In this document: positions 27,373-39,300 of the stretch, piece after piece
How the letters are laid out: every line of letters begins with the position of its first letter
Numbering within the stretch: position 1 is the first letter of the stretch
Assembly: GCA_002269645.1 (NCBI GenBank)
Contig: NIVC01000019.1
Location: 248,001 to 312,000, forward strand
Source: Macrostomum lignano
Taxonomy: Eukaryota
Length of the DNA: 64,000 nt
Reading direction: 5' to 3'
Position numbers and translations under genes: made by a program
Notes under the pieces: generated by a model
What the model was told of the DNA's origin: nothing
What the model saw: only the letters and a program-made list of their open reading frames with translations
Databases searched by the model: none

Positions 27373-30300
27373 TGTAGTGCTCGTAGTCCGCTTGGCGGGT
27401 AAGAATCTTGGATATATATTCACGCAGCTGCCGACGTGCAGCTATGAGTTACGCAATACATTGGGGTACTGAGCACGTTGGCTAGAGAGCAAGAGAAAGG
27501 GCATTGTACACGCATAGGCTGCGCACCACATCTCTCCCCCAAAGCAAAAGAAAAGTCCAATACGAGAGGGTTTAAAATTTCATTGCGAAAATTGGTCAAG
27601 AAACGACGTGAAGGATTAAAAAAAATTAATTAGTAAAACAGTCTCAAATTTTTTTTGATTTCGAACGATTAAATACTTAAACAATTAAAGCATGCCGATC
27701 TTTGACAGCGTTCCGGCTCAGTTCGAATCAAGTCACTGCTTGTAGCAGACGGGCTGCTTTGCTGTCCTGGGATGAGGCCTCTGCGCAATCGGACCGTCGT
27801 TGGCCGAATTTGCCTCTGTCACAGGCGCCCCCGGCCGCTGATCGCTGTCCATCTCGTCAAGGTCCCAGGGGCACTCACGAAGCAGCTTCGCCTCGGTCAC
27901 ATGCAGCCGAATGACTGCCGTGCCGCGTTGCAGAGTCAGGGCGCCGCCGCTGACTGCCTTGACAAGCCAAGGCCGCGGGTCGAACGGACAGCGCAGCTTG
28001 GCCTTGCCGCGGTTTCTGAGCAGCACGCGGGCGCCTGCCAGGATGCCGTGTGGCGCAGCCGAACGCCGCGTGTCGGCCGCCTTGCGCATCGCCTGCTTGT
28101 AGCCGCGGTCGCGGAGCTGCAGCTGCCGTCCGGAGCTGCCGGTTTGCTTTGTCAGGCCAGATGGCAGGATGTCGCCGGTCTCTCGGTTGAACATGAGGTT
28201 GTTGGGCGTGCGGTCGGTGCCTCGGTGCACAGAGTTGCGGTATCCGAGCAGCCACTCGTGGATCGCCCGCCGCCAGTCGTTGCCTTCGGCCGTGGCGGCG
28301 TTGATGGCCTTGTTGAGGCTGCGGTTGAAGCGCTCCACCTCGCCGTTCGCCGCCGGGTAGAGTGGGGTGACCCTGCGCTGTCGAACCCCGAGGCCGTCCA
28401 GAAACACGTTGAATTCTTCGCTCGTGAAGTAGGTGGCGTTGTCCGTAGTGATCTGCTGAATGAGGCAATGACGCAGTTGATGACGCTGGCGCTGGTGAGG
28501 CTGCGCACCACGTAGAGGTTCGGGTAGTGGCTGAAGTAGTCCACCAAGACAACTACGTTCTCGCCCGTTGGGAATGGTCCGCACACGTCGACGCTGAGCG
28601 ATTGCCAGGCCCCCGACGGAAGCGGCGTCGGCTGCATCGGCGGGTGTTTCACGGCGCCGTCGGTCCGGGCCGCTTGACACGGGAGGCAATTAGTGACGAC
28701 CGCCTCGACCTGCTTGGACATGCCGGGCCACCAGACCTTACGCTGCAGTCGGTCGCACGTCTTCTTCTGTCCGAGGTGGCCCTGGTGCGCTAAACCGATC
28801 GTAAGCTGCTGAAGCTCTGCCGGGATCACGATTCTGTTTCCCCGGAGCAGAAGGCCTGCGTGAACGCTCAGTTCGTCCTTGAGGGACCGAAAACTGTGCG
28901 CCGGGCTCGCCGCGCCGCAGCTCCAGTTTCCTGTTTCCAAGGCGCGCATGACGACCACCAGAGCTGGGTCTCTCTCGGTCGCAGCCCGGATCCTGTCGAC
29001 GGTCAGGCCCTTTGGGGTGGCCGCTTGGACAACGGCGTTGCACAGTCTGGTGTCCTCAGCCTCGTCTTTGTGTGACGATGCGCTTGTCAGCGGATTGCGG
29101 CTCAGCGGGTCTGCCGGGTTGTCCTCGCCTTTGCGGTAGTGCAGCTTGAACGTGAAGTGCTGGGTCTGCAGCATGATACACTCGAGCCGCGGCGGCGGCC
29201 TTGAGTCTGCTCTGTAGATCCCGAGCAGCGGCTTGTGGTCGGTGTAGATATCAAAGTGCGGGCAGCCCTCCAGGTAAAACGCGAACTTCAAGCAGCCGAA
29301 CTTGACGCCCAGGGCCTCGCGCTCGATCTGGCTGTAGCGCCGTTCGACGTCACTGAGCGTGCGGCTCGCGTAGGCCACCGGCCGCGTCTGCCCGCTTGGG
29401 TGCCGCTGCTGCAGAATGGCACCGACGCCGACGGGTGACGCATCGACCACCAGCTCGGTCGGCAGCCGCTTGTCGAAGAAGGCCAGCGTGCAGCCCTCGG
29501 AGATGCAGTCCTTGACGGCCTGGAAGGACTGCTGCTGCTCGCGGTCCCAGACGAATTCCTGGCCTTTCCGTGTTAGTCGCCTCAGTGGCTCCGCTTTGTC
29601 GGCAAGGTGCGGCATGAACTTCTCGAGGTGATTGGCCAGGCCGAGAAACGACCGGACTTCCTTGGCAGACTGTGGATCCTTGAATGCTTGCAGCTCTGCG
29701 ATTTTCTCTTCTGATGGCTGAATGCCGAACTTGGAGAGCGTCATGGCCATGAACTTGGCCTTGCCGATGCCCCAGCGGCACTTGCTGGCATTCAGGGTGA
29801 TGCCATTGTCACGCAGTCTGGTCAGGCAGGCTGCCACGTGTTCCTGGTGAACTTCAGGGCCCTGACTGTGGATGATGATGTCGTCGTGGATCCACTTGAC
29901 ACCAGTGAGGCCTTCCAGCACTTGCTGCATGACGCGCTGCAGGATCTCCGAGGCGGAGGCGAATCCCATGCTCAGGCGTGTCAGCTGACGCATCCCTCGG
30001 GGCGTTGAGAAGACGAAGTACTTGCGGCTGTCCTCACTGATCTCAATTTGATGAAACGCCTTAAAGATGTCAAGCTTGGTGAAGATTGTCGACCCCGTCA
30101 TGTCGCTGGTAGCTTCTTCAAAAGTCGGGATTTGGTGTCGTTGCCTCAGGGCCGCCTTGTTAACGTCTCGCAAATCCTGGGTGATCCTCACGGTCTTCCC
30201 GTCTTCTTTCGGTACCACGACGATGCGACTGACCCATGGCGTGGGGCCTTCTACTGGCTGGATGATCTGCAGGCGCTCTTGCTCGTCCAGCTCGCGGTCC

Positions 30301-31825
30301 AGCGCCTCTCTGAGATGCACTGGTACCCGAGAGGGCGGATGGCAGACGGGCCTGGCGTCAGGCTTGATACCAATTTGAACCGAAACACCCTTGACCTTTC
30401 CGAGGCCTTTGAAGAGCTCCGGAAATTGCTTGGCCAGCGCCAGGGTCTCTGCGTTCTCCGTCTCGGCTGCTGCGATCGCGCGAACCTGAGGCCCCAAGCT
30501 CAGAAGGCGGAGTGAGGTTGATGCCTCCCGTCCCAGGATGTTGACGCCGTCGCCGGGGACGACGATGAAGCGAACCTCCTGGCTATCTTGGCCGGTTGTC
30601 ACCTGCAGGCTGCAGGCTCCCAGGATGCTGAGCGGTTCTGAAGAGAGGAAGGCGAATACCTTTGTGCGAGTTGTCTGCAGCGGCGGGGGTCGCGGAAGTT
30701 TCCGCCAGGCTTTCTCTGTCAAGATATTGCAGTCGGCCCCGCTGTCGACCAGGACTTCCAGCTGCGTTGAATCGACGAGCACTGTTGTGCGGGCGCCCGC
30801 TGTAGCCGTCCCGGTGGCCGCCACGGTCAGACAGAAGATGCTGTCCTCCGGCTCTGAGCTGTCGCTGTCGGCCTGCAGGGCGCGGACGGCTTCCAACGGC
30901 CGGGAGAGGCAGGCCCTCGCCAAGTGATTTCGCTTTCCGCAGCGCTCGCACGTCTTGCCTCTGGCTGCGTTGCATGTGCGGTGGCCCGGGACTCCGCATC
31001 TGATGCACGTGGTCTGCTTGCCTGGCTGCTGCTTGGCTGGTCCCTTGACTGGGCGCTCTGCTGATGAGGCCGCTGCACCAGTGTCTCGAAGCCGAAGTCG
31101 CTGTACCGCCGCCTCGTTAGATTCCATGAGGCTTGCCTGAGTCTCTGCTGTCTCCATGGCTCTGGCCACCCGAAGCGCCTGCTCCAGGTCGACATTGTCG
31201 ATCGCTAGCAGCTTGCGGCGAAGCTGCTCTGAACTGCAGCCGGCGATCACCTGGTCACGGATCAGGGAGTCTCTGAGGCCCTCGAAGCCGCAGCAGTCGG
31301 CAGCATCTTTGAGGCGCTGGAGCCATTCGTCGATGGGCTCGCCGGACTGCTGTGTGCACAACCTGAACTGATAGCGGGTGAACGGTAGATTCCGCTTGCT
31401 GTCGAAGTGGTCGTTAAGCGCGGCTACAAGTGTTTCGACGTCTTTGCCTGCTGCCTCTTTGTCGCCGAGACCGGCCGCAATCGACTGCAAGTCATCTCCG
31501 GCTGTATACAGCAGAAGCTGGCGAAGCCGCTTTTTGTCTTCGATGTTTGCAGCCACAGCGAAAAGTTCAAATTGTGCGTACCACTTTTTCCATTTAGTCT
31601 GGGCCGTGTTGGGGTCTGTTCGCAGGTCCAAGCGCGCTGGGCTTGGTAAGTTTAGCTGCGACGCCATTGTAGTGCTCGTAGTCCGCTTGGCGGGTAAGAA
31701 TCTTGGATATATATTCACGCAGCTGCCGACGTGCAGCTATGAGTTACGCAATACATTGGGGTACTGAGCACGTTGGCTAGAGAGCAAGAGAAAGGGCATT
31801 GTACACGCATAGGCTGCGCACCACA
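27373..31825 (-). mobile_element. Full-length Ty3/Gypsy LTR retrotransposon, Mag-like, recent insertion
   Basis: Identical 158-bp TG..CA LTRs at 31668-31825 (5') and 27373-27530 (3'). 5-bp TSD aatat at 27368-27372 and 31826-31830. PPT gggggagaga at 27531-27540. PBS-like tggcgtcgcag directly after the 5' LTR. Confidence 0.97.
27733..31667 (-). CDS. Gag-Pol polyprotein (Gag with two CCHC-type knuckles, protease, RT, RNase H, integrase); integrase frameshifted at ~28459
   Basis: MASQLNLP.. Gag, CIRCGVPGHRTC/CERCGKRNHLARAC, VLVDSGAD (PR), WIHDDIII (RT), VDASPVGVG..YSQIEREAL (RH), GHLGQKKT..CLPC, SVDVCGPF, then ITTDNA..NGEVERFN in a second frame. Confidence 0.95.
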
Positions 31826-31830
31826 AATAT

Positions 31831-33503
31831 CTAGGAGATTAGGCCGTTCATGGCGGCCAAGATAGATTCGCCACAGCTGGGACAGCTCGTCCTGTTCTGC
31901 AAGCAGACATCACAGGCCACGAGATGAGTGCAAGGTAGCAATACTCGATTCCTCCAACGCTGTTGGCACAGAATGCACATCGGGCTGTTGGAATCCGCAG
32001 GAGCCTCCACTGGCTGCTGGCCTGGCCTGTCCTCCACTCTGGCAGAGACTGACCTCGGCTGAGCTGCCGGCTGGGACTGCCGCTGAGGCTGTGGCGGCGG
32101 CTTCGGGTCGCTGTGGGTGGATTTGACTCAGTGGTTGCAACTATTTGATGCTGTGTATTATATCTCTGCTGCAGTGTATTCTATCTCTGCTGCAGTGTAT
32201 TCTATCTCTGCTGCTGTGTATTCTATCTCTGCTGCTGTGTATTCTATCTCTGCTGCTGTGTATTCTATCTCTGCTGCTGTGTATTCTATCTCTGCTGCTG
32301 TGTATTCTATCTCTGCTGCTGTGTATTCTATCTCTGCTGCTGTGTATTCTATCTCTGCTGCTGTGTATTCTATCTCTGCTGCTGTGTATTCTATCTCTGC
32401 TGCTGTGTATTCTATCTCTGCTGCAGTGTATTCTATCTCTGCTGCTGTGTATTCTATCTCTGCTGCTGTGTATTCTATCTCTGCTGCTGTGTATTCTATC
32501 TCTGCTGCTGTGTATTCTATCTCTGCTGCTGTGTATTCTATCTCTGATATTGTATATAACTGCTCTTCCAACCCATTCCATCCCCGTCGCCCAGCGGAAG
32601 CTTGTGATTGGCTAGCCATCATGTTTGCAAGCTCTCTCCCTCTCTCTCCCTCGCTTGGACCCCGGCTTTGTCTTTGGAACCTCACCGAGTCTCTCGCTGC
32701 TGTACCGCCGACGGGCCAATCGGATCTCGTCGGGTCTCCACCGGCTGGGGCGTGTTGTCCTTGACCTGCTGCCGCTGGCCCTGACTGACCGCAGTCAGCA
32801 ACCCGGTGATTCTCCAGGGCAGCGTGTTCGCATCGCCGTGCGGAGCCTCCTGCTGCTGAGCCAGGCTGATCAGATCTCCCGCCCGAAGCTGGCTGATGTC
32901 CCTCTGCCGATGCCTGCTTCCAGCGAATGTGACGTACCCGTGCCCGATCAGAGCCAGTGCCAAGTCGTCCGGAGTGTAGCCGAAAGACTCGGCGAAGGCG
33001 ACAGTCCGGTGTCTGAGAACTTCTCTCAGCCTTCTGAGGAACTCTGCGGATCTGTTGAGCTCGGAATGCTCGAGCATAAATGAGGCCAAACCTGCTGGCT
33101 CTGATAGGTTGAGAAGACGCAGCAGCCTCTGCAGAGTGCAATTAACTGCATCCTCGTGTCCTCCTTGGTTCGAGTGCCGCTTGGCGCCGCAGTGGAAGCA
33201 GCGAGCGCCACCAGCCCCGTCGCTGTGAAATCCTTCAAGAGCCAAGCGTTGCCGGGTGGCCGCGTCCAGCTGGCTGCTGCTAAATGAGCTCAGGCGAGTG
33301 TCCAAGCTGAGATTCTCCCGGGAGACTGAGCTGGCCATGATGAGGATGAGACAGTAGACGATGAACGTCCGCATCCGAAGGCCGGAGGTTTTGTACAGCT
33401 GCTGCAACTTCTTCAGCTGCTCCTCGGACAGGAAGCTGAGGCGTCCCCGCGGCCGCGGCAGCAGGTTGCAGTCAGGCGGTGCTGGTGGCCGATTCTCGGG
33501 CAT
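31831..33503 (-). CDS. IAP-like protein: shortened BIR-like domain, UBA-like region, C-terminal RING; 2 coding exons
   Basis: Exons 33503-32686 and 32110-31831 (phase 2, 366 codons including stop). BIR-like RLSSF..RLALEGFH..ARCFHCG..H..C, UBA-like AESFGYTPDDL.., RING CILC..RVLLPCTHLVACDVC..CPSC..LIS*. A probable 5' UTR exon has an aag|gtaagt donor near 34457, with acceptor at 33520. Confidence 0.75.
32145..32548. repeat. 21-bp minisatellite, intron of the IAP-like gene
   Basis: Unit tattctatctctgctgctgtg. Confidence 0.95.
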
Positions 33504-33599
33504 TTCAGAGGTCTCAGTTCTGAGGTTGAGGTATGCGTTGGGAGATCTGAGCTTCAATAGATTTGAAGGGGTGGAACGCATGTTTATGGAACACTTTGA

Positions 33600-34080
33600 T
33601 GGCTCAGTCTCCTCCTATGAGCACCTTATGACAATCCCCTGATCCCATGAGTACCTCATTACAACCTCTTTAATCCTATGAGGACCTTATGACAGCCCCA
33701 ATTAATCCTATGAGTAACTCATGACAATCCCAATAGTCCTATGAGCACTCATGACCCCTAAAAATATGAACACCACATGACCCCTAATAATATGAGCACC
33801 TTAGGACAATCTCTAATTCTGAGCACCTCATGACCCCTAATTCTATGAGCACCTCATGACCCCTAATTCTATGAGCACCTCATGACAATCCTTATTCGTA
33901 TGAGCACTCATGACCCCTAAAAATATGAACACCTCATGACCCCTAATAATATGAGCACCTCATAACCCCTAATAATATGAGCACCTTAGGACAATCTCTA
34001 ATTCTGAGCACCTCATGACCCCTAATTCTATGAGCACCTCATGACAATCCTTATTCCTATGAGCACCTCATGGCTACTAG
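33600..34080. repeat. Degenerate ~23-25-bp minisatellite
   Basis: Core atgagcacctcatgacccctaa. Confidence 0.85.
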
Positions 34081-34599
34081 AAAATATTTGAAGGCTCATA
34101 ATTCCTAAAAAATGCAAAGGCAATTACCAAAATCAAGCTTATTCTGACTCATTTTAGCAACATTATTGCAGTGTATAATTATAATAATTCTTGTTTGTCA
34201 CATTTTTGGCTATATTTATCTAATAATTTTAGCTATGTTCAATGCATTTTATTGAGTAGCTAATTTAACTTTGAAATGTTTTCTAAGTAAAGCAGTGCTT
34301 AGCCCAGTCTTACTTACTTCTAATTCCCAGTAATGGTCTTTGCACCAGCATTATAGCTACATATAGGCACAGTAAATATATTTTCTAATCATGATTCCAA
34401 ATTCGTTCTTTGTAAATTAGCTACTGCATTTTTAACCAAGAAATTGAAGCAACTTACCTTTCTTAGAAAGCGACGGAAATTATTAATTAAGTTTTCTTCT
34501 TGATTTTTCTCGTTTTTAGCTGTGAGCTTACATTTTCGAAGTTCCCTTTCGAATTTGAGTAGTTCTGACGGTTGTTCTACTAGATAGCTAAAGATGATA

Positions 34600-34615
34600 A
34601 AAATGGCGGCCGGTC
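34600..34615. promoter_or_regulatory. YY1-type motif in the region between the divergent IAP-like and USP40 genes
   Basis: aaaatggcggccg fits the AAnATGGCGGC consensus and lies at the 5' edge of the predicted IAP-like UTR exon. Confidence 0.35.
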
Positions 34616-35189
34616 CACAGAAATTCCAATTAAATTCCACGTGCTGGCCACGGTTTAGCCGTGGGGAGTCTTCGTGGCCGTGGCTAAAAGGTACTAAATT
34701 TTAATTTGTACCGCATTTTTACGGATATAACAAAGTACGGCCAGTTCGCGAGCTGATGTGATAAGGGGGTTAATGACACCTAAACTGTACAACAATAGAG
34801 GTTTTAACACTTAACATTTCTACCGAGACAAAGACACTTAACACTGAAGTACTTTTATTTACAATGGCCAACACTGGCAAATTTATAGGTCTTGTGAAAG
34901 CGCATCCCCCCGCCCCAATTGAGAGCACTGGAGGAAATATGCTAGACAGGCCGCTCCGGGAAGAAAAAAACAGCTCTTTGTCTGGGAAAACTCTGATATT
35001 GCAGTGCATAGCCAGATAAGAGAACCCGATTCCCATTCCGTGTGAGCTTTGCCACAACAGTAAACAGGGCAGTATGAAAATAAAATAGTTTAACTTGTCT
35101 TTGTTGAGTTGGGTCAATGAATCTGTGGTTTTCGGATCTGAAGTTCAACAATGGATTTTCTTTTGATTGAGGTCTCTATAAACAAGAGA

Positions 35190-35650
35190 AGATCGATGAG
35201 ATTGATACATAGGAAGGTAGAGATGGGTGAAATTGATAGAAAGGAAGCGAGATATGTGGTGAGATTGGTAGAGAGAGATGGAGAGATGAGGTGAAATTGG
35301 TATAGAGGAAGAAAGAGATGAGGTGAGACTGATAGAAAAGAAGGGAGAGATGTGGTGAGATTGATAGAGAGACAGAGGAAGGGAGAGATGAGGTGAGACT
35401 GACAGACACGAAGGGAGAGATGGGGTGAGATTGATAGAGAGGAAGGTATAGAGATGGGGTGAGATTGATACAGAAGAAGGGAGAGATGGAGTGAGACTGA
35501 TAGACCCGAAGGGAGAGATGGGGTGAGATTGATACGAGTAGAGAGAAAGGGGGAGATGGGGTGAGATTGATACGAGTAGAGAGAAAGGGGGAGATGGGGT
35601 GAGATTGATACGAGTAGAGAGAAAGGGGGAGATGGGTGAGATTGATAGAC
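35190..35650. repeat. ~35-bp purine-rich minisatellite
   Basis: Unit ~gagatggggtgagattgatacgagtagagagaaaggg. Confidence 0.85.
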
Positions 35651-36332
35651 AGGAAGTTCGAGACGAGTGAGATCTCAGAATTCGACATTCAACAGCCCGG
35701 ATTTTCGCACAGAAAGTGCAACTGAGCAGCTCATAGCTCAGAGTCGCGGAATTACCATATTTGTTAGAGCGGCTGAGCCAACCAAATATGGACTGAAATG
35801 ACCAGCAGTGAGCACTGAGTGAGCAGTGTATAGAATTGTGTAAAGGTAGGAAAGCTTTTTTCTCGAATGTACTCCAAAAGACTGGAGAGAAAAATTAACT
35901 GTGTACATTTATAACCCAGCCAGCTGGGTCATTTCTCTATCGCTTTTTTATCGGCAGCTTTTGCCGCCCCCCCCCCCCCCCCAAAACCCGCAAGCCTTTG
36001 ACTCAGTGTGCGCTTCTGAACAGGTTTGAGAACGAAACTAGCTAACTGTACAGCTCTGAGAGCTCTTCATGTCAGTCGGTCTCTCACACACCCAGTGACA
36101 AGGCACAAACATTATGAGGCCTCAGCCACCTACGCACTCACTAAGATTCTATCAGATTCGAGTAGAGAGAGAAGAAAAGAAGCGAGAGAGAGGGGCAGGG
36201 AATGAGTGAGGGCAGCAACAAGAAAAACCGTGTGCAGATCTTCTCGACAAGCGGAGACCAGCTGGCCACCACAGCAACAGGCAATTCCGTACTCTAAACA
36301 GTGCAGCAAAAGCAAGCCATGACTGCCGCGAG

Positions 36333-39300
36333 ATGACTCGGGCGTCAGGTCAGGCCTCTTACTATCCTGAGGGCGGCGGCAGAGGCGGTGCTGTCCATCT
36401 GGATGTCCCGAAACAGCAGCAGCAGCAGCAGCAGCGGCTGAAGCAGAACCGAGGCCAGTCCTGCTGCTGCATTTTCCAGCTGGCCAAGCGGCTTGGCGCC
36501 GACGGATGGCACGCTGTTTTCGGCAACTCGTCGACGTCCGGCTCGACGTTGCCGCCGGCGGATGGCAGCGCGGCTGGTGGCAACGCTACAATGGGCGGCC
36601 CCGGAGGGATTCCGCTATCGCCGATGCAGCAGCAGCAGCTGGAGGCGCCACCCCCGCCGCTGGGACCCTGCGGCCTGGTGGGGCTGGAGAACCAGGGCGC
36701 CACCTGCTACCTGAACTCTCTAGTGCAGGTGGGTCCTAGTGGGGTTCTTTGTTTCGTATACATTTATTAGTCCTTTAAGTGAGGGAGTGAAGAAGTGAGG
36801 GATGACTTTTTTGGGTGCCATGGTCACAGGAAGGGGTGTCAAGGTCATAAAAACGGGGGGGGGGGCGCCGAGATCAAGCTCATAAAAATGGGGGAGCCAA
36901 GATCAAGGTCATAAAAATGGGGGAGCCAAGATCAAGGTCGTAAAAATGGGGGAGCCAAGATCAAGGTCATAAAAATGGGGAAGCCAAGATCAAGGTCATA
37001 AAAATGGGGAAGCCAAGATCAAGGTCATAAAAATGGGGAAGCCAAGATCAAGGTCATAAAAATGGGGGGCGCTTATATCAAGGTTATAAAAATGAGGGGG
37101 CGCCAAGATCAAGGTCATACAGTAAATATATAAGCGCCAATATCGGGTCAAAAAAGAATGACAAAGAAGGGTAACTATGGCCCAGCCTCATTAACAAAGC
37201 ATTCAACAACTCAACTCGAAAACTTTCCTTAGGTGATGGCCGCGTCGCCGGAGCTTCGCCAAGCAATCTTTGCCATCTCGCCGGAACAGCTGGGCCTCGA
37301 CGAGCTCGGCTTTCCACTGGCCGGCGGGGATCAGGGGCTGCGGCGCATCCCTTACGAGTTGCAGCGGCTGCTGGCCAGGGTAAGATTGCTAGGAACTCAG
37401 TGGCTTGCTAGGAACTCAGTGGCTTTCTAGGAACTCAGTGGCTTTCTAGGAACTCAGTGGCTTTCTAGGAACTCAGTGGCTTTCTAGGAACTCAGTGGCT
37501 TTCTAGGAACTCAGTGGCTTTCTAGGAACTCAGTGGCTTTCTAGGAACTCAGTGGCTTTCTAGGAACTCAGTGGCTTTCTAGGAACTCAGTGGCTTTCTA
37601 GGAACTCAGTGGCTTTCTATTAATTCAGTAGCTTTCTAGGAATTTAGTGGCTTTCTAAGAATTCAGTAGCTTTCTAGGAATTTAGTGGCTTTCTAGGAAT
37701 TCAGCAGCTTTCTAGGAATTCAGTGGCTTTTCTCCATTAATCTTGAGTTCATATACATAAAAACGATCCAAGAAAGGTCAGTAGGCTCGTTCACACCATG
37801 AAAAATGACAATGACTGTAGCTTTAATTCGTTTTCATATGGATTTTACAGGAATTACTACGCAAGTTTAATACACAACATATCGTCAATTGATCTGAAAA
37901 TCCCAATGCCAGGTGCTGCTATCGGAAAGCGCCTACGTCAGCACCCAGGAGTTGACCGGCAGCTTCGGTTGGAACGGTCGTGACCTTGGCGATCAGCACG
38001 ACGTGCAGGAGCTCAGCCGGCTGCTCATGAATGCGCTGGAGGAGTCCCTGGTGGACACCGAGGCTTACAAGGTTTTTTGTTTTCTAGATTTCTTTCAGTC
38101 AAACTTTAACAATTTAATGCATTTTTCAACGTGAGTTCGAACCCGCGTCCTCCTGAACAAGAGAACGATGCGATACCGCTACGTCATGACCATTCTCTCA
38201 ATCTAAACCTTGAGATTTTGCACTTATAGCCAGTATTTTACTCAGATTTCCACACTAAACTCAAACAGGCCATCAAGGCGGCGATGGCCGGCGCTTTCGT
38301 GACCATGATCGAGTGCCAGACTTGCGGCGCGGTGTCCAACCGATCCGAGGAGTTCCTGGACCTCTGCCTGGCAACAGTGGGCCTCGCCTCGCTGGAGGAC
38401 AGCTTGCGGGCCACCTTTGGCGGCTCGGAGAGACTTGAAGGCTCAAATCAGTATCGATGCGACAGCTGCGGCAAGATGGTCGACGCTAAGAAGGTTTCTG
38501 AATTGGCGGTTCTGCTTTTGACTCTAAATCTATAAGCTATCCAAAAGCATCTTATAAGATAGATAAATTTAAATTGCAGGGGTTACATTTAGTAGCAGGG
38601 GGCATTGGGCGCTGCCGTAAATCATTGCGACAGTCGACCCGCACCCAGCGAGGAGGCAAGTAGTCATGCCAATTTCTCTAACACCTGAGAATTGATAAGT
38701 ATTCGGAAACACGCACCCGTTGAAAACGTTACCGTGACAAGAATCGCTAAAAAAAGTCATTGCAAACAACTCACTAGTGACTATGGCGGCTCTATGTGCG
38801 ACTGTTAAGACTTTTAGCGACTCAAACGACTTTAATGTGACGTATAGGCGACTGTTGAGACACGAGCGCATCACGTGAGTTGCAGAATCGTAAAATAGCC
38901 GCGAAAAAGTCGTCCAAGAGTCGTCGTGTTAGCGCTTAACTTTCTACCACTTTCTGCGCTTTCTAGTGACTCAAGTAGACTAAACAGAGTTGTGAGAAAT
39001 GCAAAATGCGATTCTAGTTCATAAAGTGATGCGATTCAGTGATTCTACAGCAACCTCCAGCAGGCTTCAGATGCGACTCTACGATCCCATCGTAACATCC
39101 CATCGTTTTAGACTCGTCTAGAGTCACTTCTTTAGTTTTTTTTACGCATGTTGCCTCTCTGGAGCGAAGCAAGTGACTCTGAGACGCTTCTTGGCCAAGA
39201 CACCCCTTTCATCGGGGCACTCACACAGTCTTGAGGGTTAGCCCGAGTGGGACAATTTCGCTTACGAGCCCAAAATTAAAGTGGCAGCGTTAAGAATCGA

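Noticed and set aside
32158-32685. In-frame AAEIEYT repeat as part of the IAP-like protein
   Set aside because: A phase-2 GT-AG intron (32685-32111) joins the BIR/UBA frame to the RING frame and removes the array.
38560-39130. DNA transposon or Helitron in USP40 intron 4
   Set aside because: It is rich in gcgac/gagtc motifs, but I found no terminal repeats, TSD, terminal hairpin or ORF.
39170-39260. Hammerhead-like ccgatga..gaagc downstream of a tRNA-like head (Sm-alpha-style SINE)
   Set aside because: Two core positions deviate from CUGANGA/GAAA and stem I does not abut the core.
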